Of a DNA stretch of 64,000 nucleotides, positions 39,125 to 47,940 are shown piece by piece (positions within the stretch are counted from its first letter, which is position 1; each line of letters opens with the position of its first letter). This DNA comes from an uncultured virus (IMG/VR IMGVR_UViG_3300009132_000003) (lineage: Duplodnaviria > Heunggongvirae > Uroviricota > Caudoviricetes). Made by a program: the position numbers and the translations under genes. Below the pieces are notes generated by a model, which had not been told where the DNA came from, did not search any database, and saw only the letters and a program-made list of their open reading frames with translations. Location: IMG/VR virus record IMGVR_UViG_3300009132_000003. One strand, written 5' to 3'.

Positions 39125-39544
39125 TCAACCTTTTTGTATTAAACCTGGGTAAGCCTCCTGTACTACTGCTTTAGTTATACCTTTAATAGATTTTTTACTA
39201 ACCATGTTTATTACAATCTTTGCATCTAATGGGTGAATTGATTCGAGTAACCTAATGTAAATATTTTCACGTTTAGCTTTTAATACGCCTCTAGAATCTG
39301 GTGTGTCAACAAGATACCTAAACTGAGTATTTTGTCTAGTAAGATTAGAGGGTGTGCTTTCTTCTTTATTGGGTGTATATGGGGGTGCCCCTTCAGGAAT
39401 TAACCATTGGACAGAATCATCATATGTTCCTCTAAGAATATCTTTTAGGGCCCAAGATTCATTGTTCTTTAAGCATTCAATTTTTTCAGCCTTTGATCTT
39501 TTCTTTCCGGCTTCTTCAAGTACTTCATAAATTAATTTTGCCAT
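39125..39544 (-). CDS. Conserved hypothetical protein of T4-like phages
   Basis: W.IPEG.PPY, KRE..YI.LLE.IHP.DA, KGIT..VV..AYP; TATAAATA at 39650-39657. Confidence 0.7.
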   Translation of the reverse strand: MAKLIYEVLEEAGKKRSKAEKIECLKNNESWALKDILRGTYDDSVQWLIPEGAPPYTPNKEESTPSNLTRQNTQFRYLVDTPDSRGVLKAKRENIYIRLLESIHPLDAKIVINMVSKKSIKGITKAVVQEAYPGLIQKG

Positions 39545-39545
39545 T

Positions 39546-40397
39546 CTAAATAAACTCCTGTACATTCTCTAGCAATAATTTACATCTTTTTTGAACAAGA
39601 AAGGGAAAAACTTTACCTTTGTTTTTATATTGATCTTGCTCTATAAAAGTATTTATAATTTCTTGTTTTATACTTTCAGGACATTCTGAACTTTCTGTTA
39701 AATCAATCATTTTTTTATTGCGTAAATAATTTCTATAAACGTCATCACCTAAAGCTTTGGGGTCTTCAAGTAAAGCTTCTTTCTTTTTCTTTGAAAGAAC
39801 ATTCTGGCGGCGACCTTCAACTAAACATTTATCATCAGATAGAACATTAGGAACGCCATCGCCGCCATCACCCTTTAAAATGTGTTCTGCAAGAAATAAT
39901 CTAGGGTTAGGCTCATCTACAAATTTCTTTGTAATATTAGAATACTGTCTTACGTTATTATATTTCTGAAGTTGTTTAAAATCTTTATCTGCTGATACAA
40001 TCATGACTTCCTCATGATTACCAAATTCTTGTGTCCACTTTACAAGTTCGGCAATAGTATCATCGGCTTCACAGCCCCACTGGTGAATAACCTTGTAGGG
40101 AAAGTTATCTCTTAGCTCGTCACGAACCATACCAATAATGCGGAAGGCTTCTTCCCAATTAATCTTAGACTCTTCACGATTTTTAGAACGGTTGCCTTTA
40201 TATTCGGGATATACGTCTTTACGCCAGTTACCGCCACCATCCGCAACAATAACTATTTCGCCATACTTATCTTTAAATTTATTTCTATACATTCTAATAG
40301 AATTTAGAATCATATGACGAATTAAGTTTTCATCTACGCCGGCATGGCCCATTGCAATAGGCGCAATGGAGACACCAGAGTAATCAATAATAATCAT
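39546..40397 (-). CDS. rnh: T4-type RNase H (5'-3' exonuclease)
   Basis: RHMILNSIR, WRK..YP.YK..R, EADD.I, IVSADKDF.QLQ, GD.GDGVPN. Confidence 0.93.
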   Translation of the reverse strand: MIIIDYSGVSIAPIAMGHAGVDENLIRHMILNSIRMYRNKFKDKYGEIVIVADGGGNWRKDVYPEYKGNRSKNREESKINWEEAFRIIGMVRDELRDNFPYKVIHQWGCEADDTIAELVKWTQEFGNHEEVMIVSADKDFKQLQKYNNVRQYSNITKKFVDEPNPRLFLAEHILKGDGGDGVPNVLSDDKCLVEGRRQNVLSKKKKEALLEDPKALGDDVYRNYLRNKKMIDLTESSECPESIKQEIINTFIEQDQYKNKGKVFPFLVQKRCKLLLENVQEFI

Positions 40398-40428
40398 AAT
40401 AATATATTCCTTTTTATAACTAAAATAA

Positions 40429-40683
40429 TTATATATTATTTTTTGGAAAAAGTAAACTATAAATGTTTGAGTGAGGCAATTTAAGTTGATCTGCTAATTC
40501 TTGGATATAATCTAAGTTTTTAGATTGAAATGTAACAGCTGATAATAGCCCTAGTGATTTTAATCGTTTAGTTTGAATTTGTTTAATAGAACAGCCGTGT
40601 TCTATTGCGAATTGATTGATTTCATCTTTAGTTGTAGTATAAGGTATATCTGCTGTGATAGTATAGATCATACTTTTCTCCAT
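40429..40683 (-). CDS. Hypothetical protein
   Basis: ORF track. Confidence 0.5.
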   Translation of the reverse strand: MEKSMIYTITADIPYTTTKDEINQFAIEHGCSIKQIQTKRLKSLGLLSAVTFQSKNLDYIQELADQLKLPHSNIYSLLFPKNNI

Positions 40684-40717
40684 TATGTTAACTAGTACAG
40701 TCTATAATATTTTTAAA

Positions 40718-41062
40718 TCAAAGTAAACTGATCAAAAGTATAACAGCAAGGATCATTAGTATTATAGGTAATCCAAAAATAATAAACATTGTTAACCAAA
40801 AAATTCTTCTCTGTGTTTTAGGAGGCAAAGACCTATTCCAATAAATATATTTTTTTAAATAATATTTTACACTATCAACAATAAACTCAAGAAAGAAGTG
40901 GCGAGCTAATCTCACTACAATAAGTATTGGAGAATATAAAACTTCAAATACAACAAGAAAAGCATCGACACATATGTCGACCATACTATCAACTGTCCAT
41001 AAATCTCGCCACTTTCTTCTTAGTTTAGCGAGCTTTCTTTTTGTTTTCCATTTCAGCTTCAT
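40718..41062 (-). CDS. Membrane protein
   Basis: Two hydrophobic helices, basic N-terminus. Confidence 0.55.
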   Translation of the reverse strand: MKLKWKTKRKLAKLRRKWRDLWTVDSMVDICVDAFLVVFEVLYSPILIVVRLARHFFLEFIVDSVKYYLKKYIYWNRSLPPKTQRRIFWLTMFIIFGLPIILMILAVILLISLL

Positions 41063-41498
41063 CCACCTGTTGTTGTGTTACAACACCTTCGCTAATTAAT
41101 TTTGCTCTATTATTCATATGTTGTGCTTGGACCTCTTCCTTTGATCCACCGAAATATGGAACACAATGTCCCTCACTAATCATTACTTCAGTAGCCATTC
41201 TTCCATCTTCTGTTACAAAGTCTCCAAGAACCCTACCAAACTTGCCTTTCATATCTTCACCATTTTTATTAATTTGTGTTTTTAGTATAGCAACCTTGCC
41301 CAGTAATGATTCAAGTCTATGCTTACTTGCTTTACCGAAAAGCTTTTCTACTTTATCTCTAGTGCGTGATTCTGGAGTGTCAATACCCATGATACGAACT
41401 CTTTCATCTGATAGTACTATTCCAAAACCTAAATCAATATCAACATCTACAGTATCTCCATCAACCACTCTTAGTACCTTGCATTTATATTCATACAT
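41025..41498 (-). CDS. Staphylococcal-nuclease-like (thermonuclease) protein
   Basis: RVVDGDT, VRIMGIDTPE, GKFGRVLG. Confidence 0.88.
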   Translation of the reverse strand: MYEYKCKVLRVVDGDTVDVDIDLGFGIVLSDERVRIMGIDTPESRTRDKVEKLFGKASKHRLESLLGKVAILKTQINKNGEDMKGKFGRVLGDFVTEDGRMATEVMISEGHCVPYFGGSKEEVQAQHMNNRAKLISEGVVTQQQVDEAEMENKKKAR

Positions 41499-41913
41499 TT
41501 GCTATTCCTTTAACGTGTTTAGAATGAATTTTTCCTCCTATAAACTCATTATAATATTCGTCACTAAATAGCACTTCACGATCAATCTGCTCTTTCATTT
41601 CAAAGTAAGACATTTCGCCTTTACTTCTGCAGAGTCGGAGTATTTCTCTTTTAAATCTTTCCGATCCATGATTTTCAACAAGAAGTTTTACCTCTTCATT
41701 GGATCCATGGTAATCTCGCCAGTCGGATTCTTTCTTAACAATTCTATTTCTAGTTTTGCCTTTTAGAGGTTTTAGTTTTCTTCTTGACCAAAACCCTTTT
41801 TTACCTATATATTTTTTATTGTTACTTAAATCTGTTATACAATAAACAAACCCAACTAAGTTATCAAAATCAAACTCAGCTGGGTTAAATTCGTTACCAT
41901 TAAAAATCCACAT
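41491..41913 (-). CDS. Stand-alone GIY-YIG nuclease domain protein
   Basis: GFVYCIT...KKYIGKK, Y.GS, F.REIL, YYN. Confidence 0.8.
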   Translation of the reverse strand: MWIFNGNEFNPAEFDFDNLVGFVYCITDLSNNKKYIGKKGFWSRRKLKPLKGKTRNRIVKKESDWRDYHGSNEEVKLLVENHGSERFKREILRLCRSKGEMSYFEMKEQIDREVLFSDEYYNEFIGGKIHSKHVKGIANV

Positions 41914-41957
41914 AATATTACTTAACCCTAGTTGTAAGTAATACTATTTAGTAGTAT

Positions 41958-42104
41958 TTAATCGGAGTCTTCCTCTTCATCTAAAAAGTTTGCCATTGTG
42001 ACATTTCCACACATAGGGCAGAACTCTGGTTCTGGAGAAGAATTTTCTACTGTTACCTGGGACTGCTCGTCACAGATTTCACACTCAATATAATAGTATT
42101 TCAT
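41958..42104 (-). CDS. Small zinc-ribbon protein (48 aa, not in track)
   Basis: CEIC...CPMCG. Confidence 0.65.
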   Translation of the reverse strand: MKYYYIECEICDEQSQVTVENSSPEPEFCPMCGNVTMANFLDEEEDSD

Positions 42105-42110
42105 TTATTA

Positions 42111-43766
42111 TTATCCTTCGCAAGCCGCACAATTCATAATATCACGTACCAACTCTTGTGCTGGATTAGCACTGCGTTGATAATAGAAAGTTTTAACTCC
42201 TAGTTTCCACCCCTCAATAAGCAAAGCATTTACATCTTTAGCTGGAACATCTGGGTGAATTAGAATATTTAAACTCTGTGACTGATCTATATATTTCTGA
42301 CGTGCGCCAGCTTGTTGAACAATAGATAGAGGTGTAATTTCACTAAATGTTTTAAATACGTCTTTTTCATTTTGTGTTAAAAACTCAAGGTGTTGTACTG
42401 AACCACCATGCTTTAGAATGTCAACCCACGTTTCTTCATTATCTTTATTGTGCTCAGCTAAACAATCTTTTAGATATGGATTACGGTATGTAAACTTACC
42501 TTTTGCTAAATCTTTTGTGAAGTAATTAGATGCTAAAGGTTCAATAGATGGAGATACTTGTCCAAGAATAAAGGATGAAGATGTAGTTGGAGCAACAGCA
42601 GTTCTTGTTAGGTTTCGTTCGCCTGTTCCTAACATACCTTCTGGTTCACCATACTCAATAGCTAATTCTTTTGAAGCCTCAAGAGAACGATCATCAATAA
42701 ACTTACTAATCTTTGCTGATAGTAGATGTGCATCAAATGATTCAAATGCAATCATTTTAGATTGTAAATAAGAATGCCAACCAAGCTGACCTAAACCTAA
42801 TGCTCTCCAACGTTTTGCAAAATTATTAGCAGACTGCATGAATTGTATATCAGCTGTCTTCTCAATATATTCTTCCATTACTGCATCAAGAAACCAGATC
42901 ATTGTTTCTACAGCATCTGTTTCCATCCACTCGTCTGCTTTTAGCAAATTCATAGATGCTAGATTACACACAAAGGATTCATCTTCTGATGATGGTAGAC
43001 AAATTTCTGAACAAAGATTGGATGCCCAAATCCAAATATCATTCTGTCTTAGTACACGCGGTCTATTTTTATTTACGGTATCTTTAAAGAACAGATATGG
43101 ATAGCCAGATTCACGACGTTTACGGAGAACACGAGCCCAAACAGTTCTCTTATCGGGATCGCCGTCAATCATTTCTTGCATCCAATCATCACCAATACAC
43201 ACACCAAGTGACATATTAATAATAGATGAACCTTCTTCACGAGCGTCAAGAAACTCCATAATATCAGGTGATGAAATATCAAGGTATGCAGCAAAGGATC
43301 CTCTACGGACATTACCTTGAGCTACAACATCTACTGTAGTTTCTGTTAGATTCATAAAGTGTACTGGACCATCTGCTGTTCCACCACTCTTAATTGGTTC
43401 ACCTCTTGCTCTTAGTGCACCATAATAACCAGAAGTACCCGCACCCATTTTAGTTTGCATTCCAACTTCTGCTGTTTTCTTTAAGATAGATTCCATATTA
43501 TCATTAATAAAAACACCATTACAAGAAATTGGTAGGCCTTTTTTAGTTCCAAAGTTAGACCATACTGGTGAAGATAAAGAATAAAATCCTCTACTCATAT
43601 AATCATAAAACTTATCAGCAAAGCCTTCTCTATCTAAAATTTTCTCTGCTGTCCATGCAATAATCCTTACACGTTCTTCAACAGTCATATTTCCATCTAT
43701 ATACCCTCTACTTAAAAAAGTACGAGAGTCCTCATTTGCCCATTCAAACCCCATAATATTCTCCAT
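42111..43766 (-). CDS. nrdA: Class I ribonucleotide reductase alpha subunit (short, no ATP cone)
   Basis: LPISC, RRGSFAAY, SNLCSEI, CNLAS, APT.SSS, KTFYY, C-terminal CAACEG. Confidence 0.95.
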   Translation of the reverse strand: MENIMGFEWANEDSRTFLSRGYIDGNMTVEERVRIIAWTAEKILDREGFADKFYDYMSRGFYSLSSPVWSNFGTKKGLPISCNGVFINDNMESILKKTAEVGMQTKMGAGTSGYYGALRARGEPIKSGGTADGPVHFMNLTETTVDVVAQGNVRRGSFAAYLDISSPDIMEFLDAREEGSSIINMSLGVCIGDDWMQEMIDGDPDKRTVWARVLRKRRESGYPYLFFKDTVNKNRPRVLRQNDIWIWASNLCSEICLPSSEDESFVCNLASMNLLKADEWMETDAVETMIWFLDAVMEEYIEKTADIQFMQSANNFAKRWRALGLGQLGWHSYLQSKMIAFESFDAHLLSAKISKFIDDRSLEASKELAIEYGEPEGMLGTGERNLTRTAVAPTTSSSFILGQVSPSIEPLASNYFTKDLAKGKFTYRNPYLKDCLAEHNKDNEETWVDILKHGGSVQHLEFLTQNEKDVFKTFSEITPLSIVQQAGARQKYIDQSQSLNILIHPDVPAKDVNALLIEGWKLGVKTFYYQRSANPAQELVRDIMNCAACEG

Positions 43767-44743
43767 TAAAATAAATCGTCTGCAGATATGCCCTGACCTT
43801 TTGCATACTCAACAGGTCTTTTCTGAAAGAAATCAGTCATATTTGCACCATACAGTTCTTCATCAAACCAGAAAGTTTCATCTATATATTCCTGATTATA
43901 TACAATCTCACTACTATCAAACCCGATCTGATCTAAAGAATCTGCCATTCTTTTCGCAATAAAAGATTTAAGAATATCTGCACTTAATCCCTTTACTTCA
44001 TAATCTCCCATAATCCAATCAATAACTTTACTTTCTGCTTTTAGTGCATCAATACACTCCTCTTTCACTCTCGCTTCTAATTCTTCATCAAACAAGTCTG
44101 GATATTCTTCACGCAAGGTGTTAATTAGTTTAATGCCTACTTGAGCATGTAACATTTCTTCATTACGTGTATATTGTACTTGTTGTGCACAATCTTTCAT
44201 TACTGCTTTATTTCTATTCATGTGCATAATTATATAGAACTGACTAAACAGACTCACATTTTCCACAAATAATGTAAAGAGCATAATTGAATAAATGTAT
44301 TGCTTCTTATCGTCTGCATAAACTTTATTATTATATTTACGGAGATAATCTACTCTACGTTTAATAACTTCTACATTTAAATTTTCTTCAAATACGTGAG
44401 TTAGGTGTAATACATCAAGAATCTTTTCATAAGCCATATTATGAATTACTTCAGAATTTGCCATAGCAAAACCTAAGTCTTTGATAGATGGGTGCGGCAG
44501 ATTATTACCAACTTCAGCCCAAAACGATTTAACTGCTATTTCAATTTGCCCGATAGCCGACATAGTTCTAACAACTATTTCCTGTTCCTGTGGTGTTAAA
44601 TCTGTTTTAAATTGTGAGTAATCTGATCTAAAGTTAAATTCTTCTGGAGTCCAAAACCCCTTCCAAATTGCTTCAATAAAATCTTTTGTCCAAGGATATA
44701 GGTCTGGTTTTCTGGCTATCTGTTCTTGAAATAACATGGGCAT
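43766..44743 (-). CDS. nrdB: Class I ribonucleotide reductase beta subunit
   Basis: FW.PEE, QIE, EVIHNMAY, VENVSLFSQF, EEMLH, DFFQKRPVEY. Confidence 0.95.
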   Translation of the reverse strand: MPMLFQEQIARKPDLYPWTKDFIEAIWKGFWTPEEFNFRSDYSQFKTDLTPQEQEIVVRTMSAIGQIEIAVKSFWAEVGNNLPHPSIKDLGFAMANSEVIHNMAYEKILDVLHLTHVFEENLNVEVIKRRVDYLRKYNNKVYADDKKQYIYSIMLFTLFVENVSLFSQFYIIMHMNRNKAVMKDCAQQVQYTRNEEMLHAQVGIKLINTLREEYPDLFDEELEARVKEECIDALKAESKVIDWIMGDYEVKGLSADILKSFIAKRMADSLDQIGFDSSEIVYNQEYIDETFWFDEELYGANMTDFFQKRPVEYAKGQGISADDLF

Positions 44744-44846
44744 CTTTCTTTCTCGGAGCACAAAAAATACTATACCATAACTAACTAAAATTATGGTATT
44801 GTAATAACGTGCTGTTTTTTCTGTATTGTTTTTACTGACTGGTACT

Positions 44847-44875
44847 ATTATATAGTATAATTAAAATTTTGTAAA
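44847..44875 (-). promoter_or_regulatory. Sigma70-type promoter for nrdB-nrdA
   Basis: TTTACA-17-TATAAT. Confidence 0.8.
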
Positions 44876-44929
44876 TAGCTATATGAGCTATTTTTTAAAA
44901 AAAAAGTACAAGATGTTGTTATTTTTTTG

Positions 44930-44958
44930 TTTACAACTGTTAAATAAAATAGTATAAT
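44930..44958 (+). promoter_or_regulatory. Sigma70-type promoter with no downstream sense ORF (antisense or origin candidate)
   Basis: GTTTACA-17-TATAAT on the + strand. Confidence 0.7.
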
Positions 44959-44996
44959 AGAAAGAGTACTTTAGTTGAGGAGGGTATATTAGTGCA

Positions 44997-45344
44997 CTAC
45001 TTACCTTTAGTGTAAGCCTGTGCTCCAAAGAATGCCGCAACTAAACCAGCAATAGCTACAAAGTATGTTGGTGCAATATCACCAATAATACCAGCTGCGC
45101 TTTCTACTCCTAGAATAGATGTAACTAAAATAAGAACTGGATATAATAACATACCCCAAAGAGCAAACCATGCCATCGCACGAATCTGATCTTCTTTCTT
45201 ATCTTCGTTTTCCATTTTAGCTTGTTCATGTTCGAACTGAGCTATTTCTTTTGCACGCGCCATTTCTTCATCAGTAATGATTCCATCGCCATCTGCGTCT
45301 AATTCATTAAACTTTGAATCTGCTTGTAACTTCTTAGCTGCCAT
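44997..45344 (-). CDS. EF-hand-containing two-TM membrane protein (holin-like)
   Basis: Canonical loop DADGDGIITDEE; two C-terminal hydrophobic helices. Confidence 0.7.
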   Translation of the reverse strand: MAAKKLQADSKFNELDADGDGIITDEEMARAKEIAQFEHEQAKMENEDKKEDQIRAMAWFALWGMLLYPVLILVTSILGVESAAGIIGDIAPTYFVAIAGLVAAFFGAQAYTKGK

Positions 45345-45387
45345 GTTAAATCCTCTCTATTAGCAGGACATAACAAAAAACATTAAT

Positions 45388-45597
45388 TTATTCAGCGGTT
45401 GCTTCTTCAGCAGCTGCTTCACCTTCAGTCGATTCTTCTTTATTCTTTTCTACAAAAGCCTCAATGATATTATTGAGTTTATCATGTACTACACCAACAG
45501 CACTTAAATCTTGTGCCTTAAATACACCACCACGAGTTGCCGCATCAATGATTGATCTTATTACAGCTAAATCTTGGATTGTAAGTTCATTATTCAT
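45388..45597 (-). CDS. Conserved small protein
   Basis: LTIQDL..IRSIID.ATRGG.FKA.DLS.VG..HDKL; TATAAATA at 45622-45629. Confidence 0.7.
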   Translation of the reverse strand: MNNELTIQDLAVIRSIIDAATRGGVFKAQDLSAVGVVHDKLNNIIEAFVEKNKEESTEGEAAAEEATAE

Positions 45598-45648
45598 TTC
45601 ATTCTCCGTTAAGTTTTCTATTATTTATATATAATCGTTTTATTGTGT

Positions 45649-47940
45649 TTATAATGGAATAACTCTATATAAGTTATCGGTTTTATAAGTTTCTAATGTT
45701 GAATTACCGGATACTATAAACTGACTTCCGTCATTATTCCAACGCATACCTTTGTTGATGCTATTCGATTTGACTGTACCATAATTAATCCCTGGGTCTG
45801 TAGAAGCAGAAAATTGGGAATCAATGTGTATTTCAGCAATTGTTCTATTTGATAATAAAAACATTTTATCCTCTGCTGAATTTGTAACAATACCTTGAAG
45901 ATCTGTTATTAGCGTTGGTGTTGAATACGCCGAATCAAACGTTGCAGAATAAATTTTATCTTTATCTGATAGTATATATTTAAACACATTATTTGTTTGT
46001 GATCCACCTACATATAACGTAGTGCCAGAATTATTAAATATCATCCCAGTAGGTTGGCTATCTTCTGCAATAGTCAGTTCCTTAGATTTAAATGGCTCAG
46101 TTGCAGTACTTAAATTGGAATCTAAATCATATTGATGTATAAAATCAGTTCCATATGCATATAATTTTTGATCACTATCAGAAATAAATATTCCACCATC
46201 AACAGTAATATCTGAAGAAAATAAACTATACGAAGTAACGTATGATACTGAGCTTAAATCAAATGCGGAAGTAACATTATACTCATATACTGTAGTATCA
46301 TTTGTAATGTATAATTTAGTACCATCATTATTAAAAGAAAAATTTCTTACATTACTAGTATCATAGAAACTAGAAGATGCATTAGCATTAGGTATTTGTG
46401 TATAATAAAATTGAGTATCATAACCACCATTAGGATCAACAGTATTAGATGTATTTCTTATTACAGAACCTATTGAAGTTAAATCATGCGCGGTTGTCAT
46501 TACGTGCTGATATATTGAATGTGTATATGTATCTAATAAGAATAATTTGGTGCCATCCGCCGAAATCCTTATACATTGCACGCCATTACTTTTGCCGTTT
46601 ACTTCAAAAGTTTCAGACGTAGATTTTCCTATAGTATGACTTCTACTTTGTGAACCAGTTGCCCCGCCTACTACAGAATTTATATCAAATGGAGTGCTTA
46701 AAGATTGTCTATAAACCTTTCCATCATATGCTGCAAGACCAGTTACCCAATAAACAAAACTTCCATTACTTGAAAAACAATATGAGGTAGGTGGTGCTAT
46801 ATGATTCCATCGACTTACCCATCTATAATAATAGCCACTATATCTTTCTAAACTATAACTTACACCACTATATTGTCTTTCATATGCTGTAGGATAGCGA
46901 TTTTCTTTGCGCTCATATGTATATGTAGTTAATGTTAAATTAGTGGTTGTAGTATTATTCCAAGTTGAAATATTATAGTTTTCTTCTAAATTATAACTTG
47001 TAAGATTAGAAGAATTTTTACTTATCAATTTAGAACCAGCATCAACCAATATAGTATCTTTTAATAGATTTTCTTCATATAAAGTATTATCCCTTTTTAA
47101 TGCCGTTGTTATATCAAAAGGTGTAGTTACATCAAATTCATGTATCTTATTTCCAGATTTATTAGCAAGATATAATTTGTTTCCTGAGTCATTTAAGCAT
47201 AAATCCGATAAATTATAATTATCGTACATATAAGGATCATATTGCTGTTCATTAGTCATTGTTAAAGTATCAAATGGAGAAGTTAAATCATATTGTTTTA
47301 CCGAATTAGCATTATTGACAAATAATTTAGTGCCATCGTTATTAAAATGTAAACCTTCGTTTTGTCCAAAAGGCGCTTCAACTGAATTATTAAAAAAGTT
47401 TACGAGTGGCGATCCTATTGTTACTAATGAATAACCTTTCGGATGATCACTAATAATATTAGCAGAAGAATATGTGAAAGATATATCAACTGTAATTTTT
47501 GATTCGCTATTATATGCAATCTGATCATCACTATCATACATAGAAAACGCAGGAATTGCAGATGTTTCAAATCTAATAATATTAGTTTTATATTGTTCAT
47601 CTGTTTCTTTAGATGGTACTATAGAAAATTGTGGACTAGAGCCAGCAATTTCTACTGTAGCAAATTTATTAACACCACCAACGTTAACGCCATCACCATA
47701 TACTATAGTAGGTGTCCAAGTAATTCCAACTCCATCACTATCAATGTCAGTAAAACTTAAAAATGGTGTTAATCCATTTCTTAATATGTCATAATCTGAA
47801 TCATAATTAATAATTAATTCATTACCGATAACTTCACTGCTTGTAAAACCTGGAGCTACGATGCCGGTTTTCAACCATTGGCTATCAATGAATGAATAAT
47901 AAGATCCATTTATAAATGCGGTTTGATCATACACACTCAT
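45649..47940 (-). CDS. Fibre / receptor-binding protein with beta-propeller repeats
   Basis: Repeated F.NDGTKL...QYDL..PFD..T blades. Confidence 0.7.
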   Translation of the reverse strand: MSVYDQTAFINGSYYSFIDSQWLKTGIVAPGFTSSEVIGNELIINYDSDYDILRNGLTPFLSFTDIDSDGVGITWTPTIVYGDGVNVGGVNKFATVEIAGSSPQFSIVPSKETDEQYKTNIIRFETSAIPAFSMYDSDDQIAYNSESKITVDISFTYSSANIISDHPKGYSLVTIGSPLVNFFNNSVEAPFGQNEGLHFNNDGTKLFVNNANSVKQYDLTSPFDTLTMTNEQQYDPYMYDNYNLSDLCLNDSGNKLYLANKSGNKIHEFDVTTPFDITTALKRDNTLYEENLLKDTILVDAGSKLISKNSSNLTSYNLEENYNISTWNNTTTTNLTLTTYTYERKENRYPTAYERQYSGVSYSLERYSGYYYRWVSRWNHIAPPTSYCFSSNGSFVYWVTGLAAYDGKVYRQSLSTPFDINSVVGGATGSQSRSHTIGKSTSETFEVNGKSNGVQCIRISADGTKLFLLDTYTHSIYQHVMTTAHDLTSIGSVIRNTSNTVDPNGGYDTQFYYTQIPNANASSSFYDTSNVRNFSFNNDGTKLYITNDTTVYEYNVTSAFDLSSVSYVTSYSLFSSDITVDGGIFISDSDQKLYAYGTDFIHQYDLDSNLSTATEPFKSKELTIAEDSQPTGMIFNNSGTTLYVGGSQTNNVFKYILSDKDKIYSATFDSAYSTPTLITDLQGIVTNSAEDKMFLLSNRTIAEIHIDSQFSASTDPGINYGTVKSNSINKGMRWNNDGSQFIVSGNSTLETYKTDNLYRVIPL

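Noticed and set aside
42111..44743. Intron or intein in nrdA/nrdB mobilised by the adjacent GIY-YIG
   Set aside because: Both ORFs are continuous and short; the nuclease is free-standing with no DNA-binding extension
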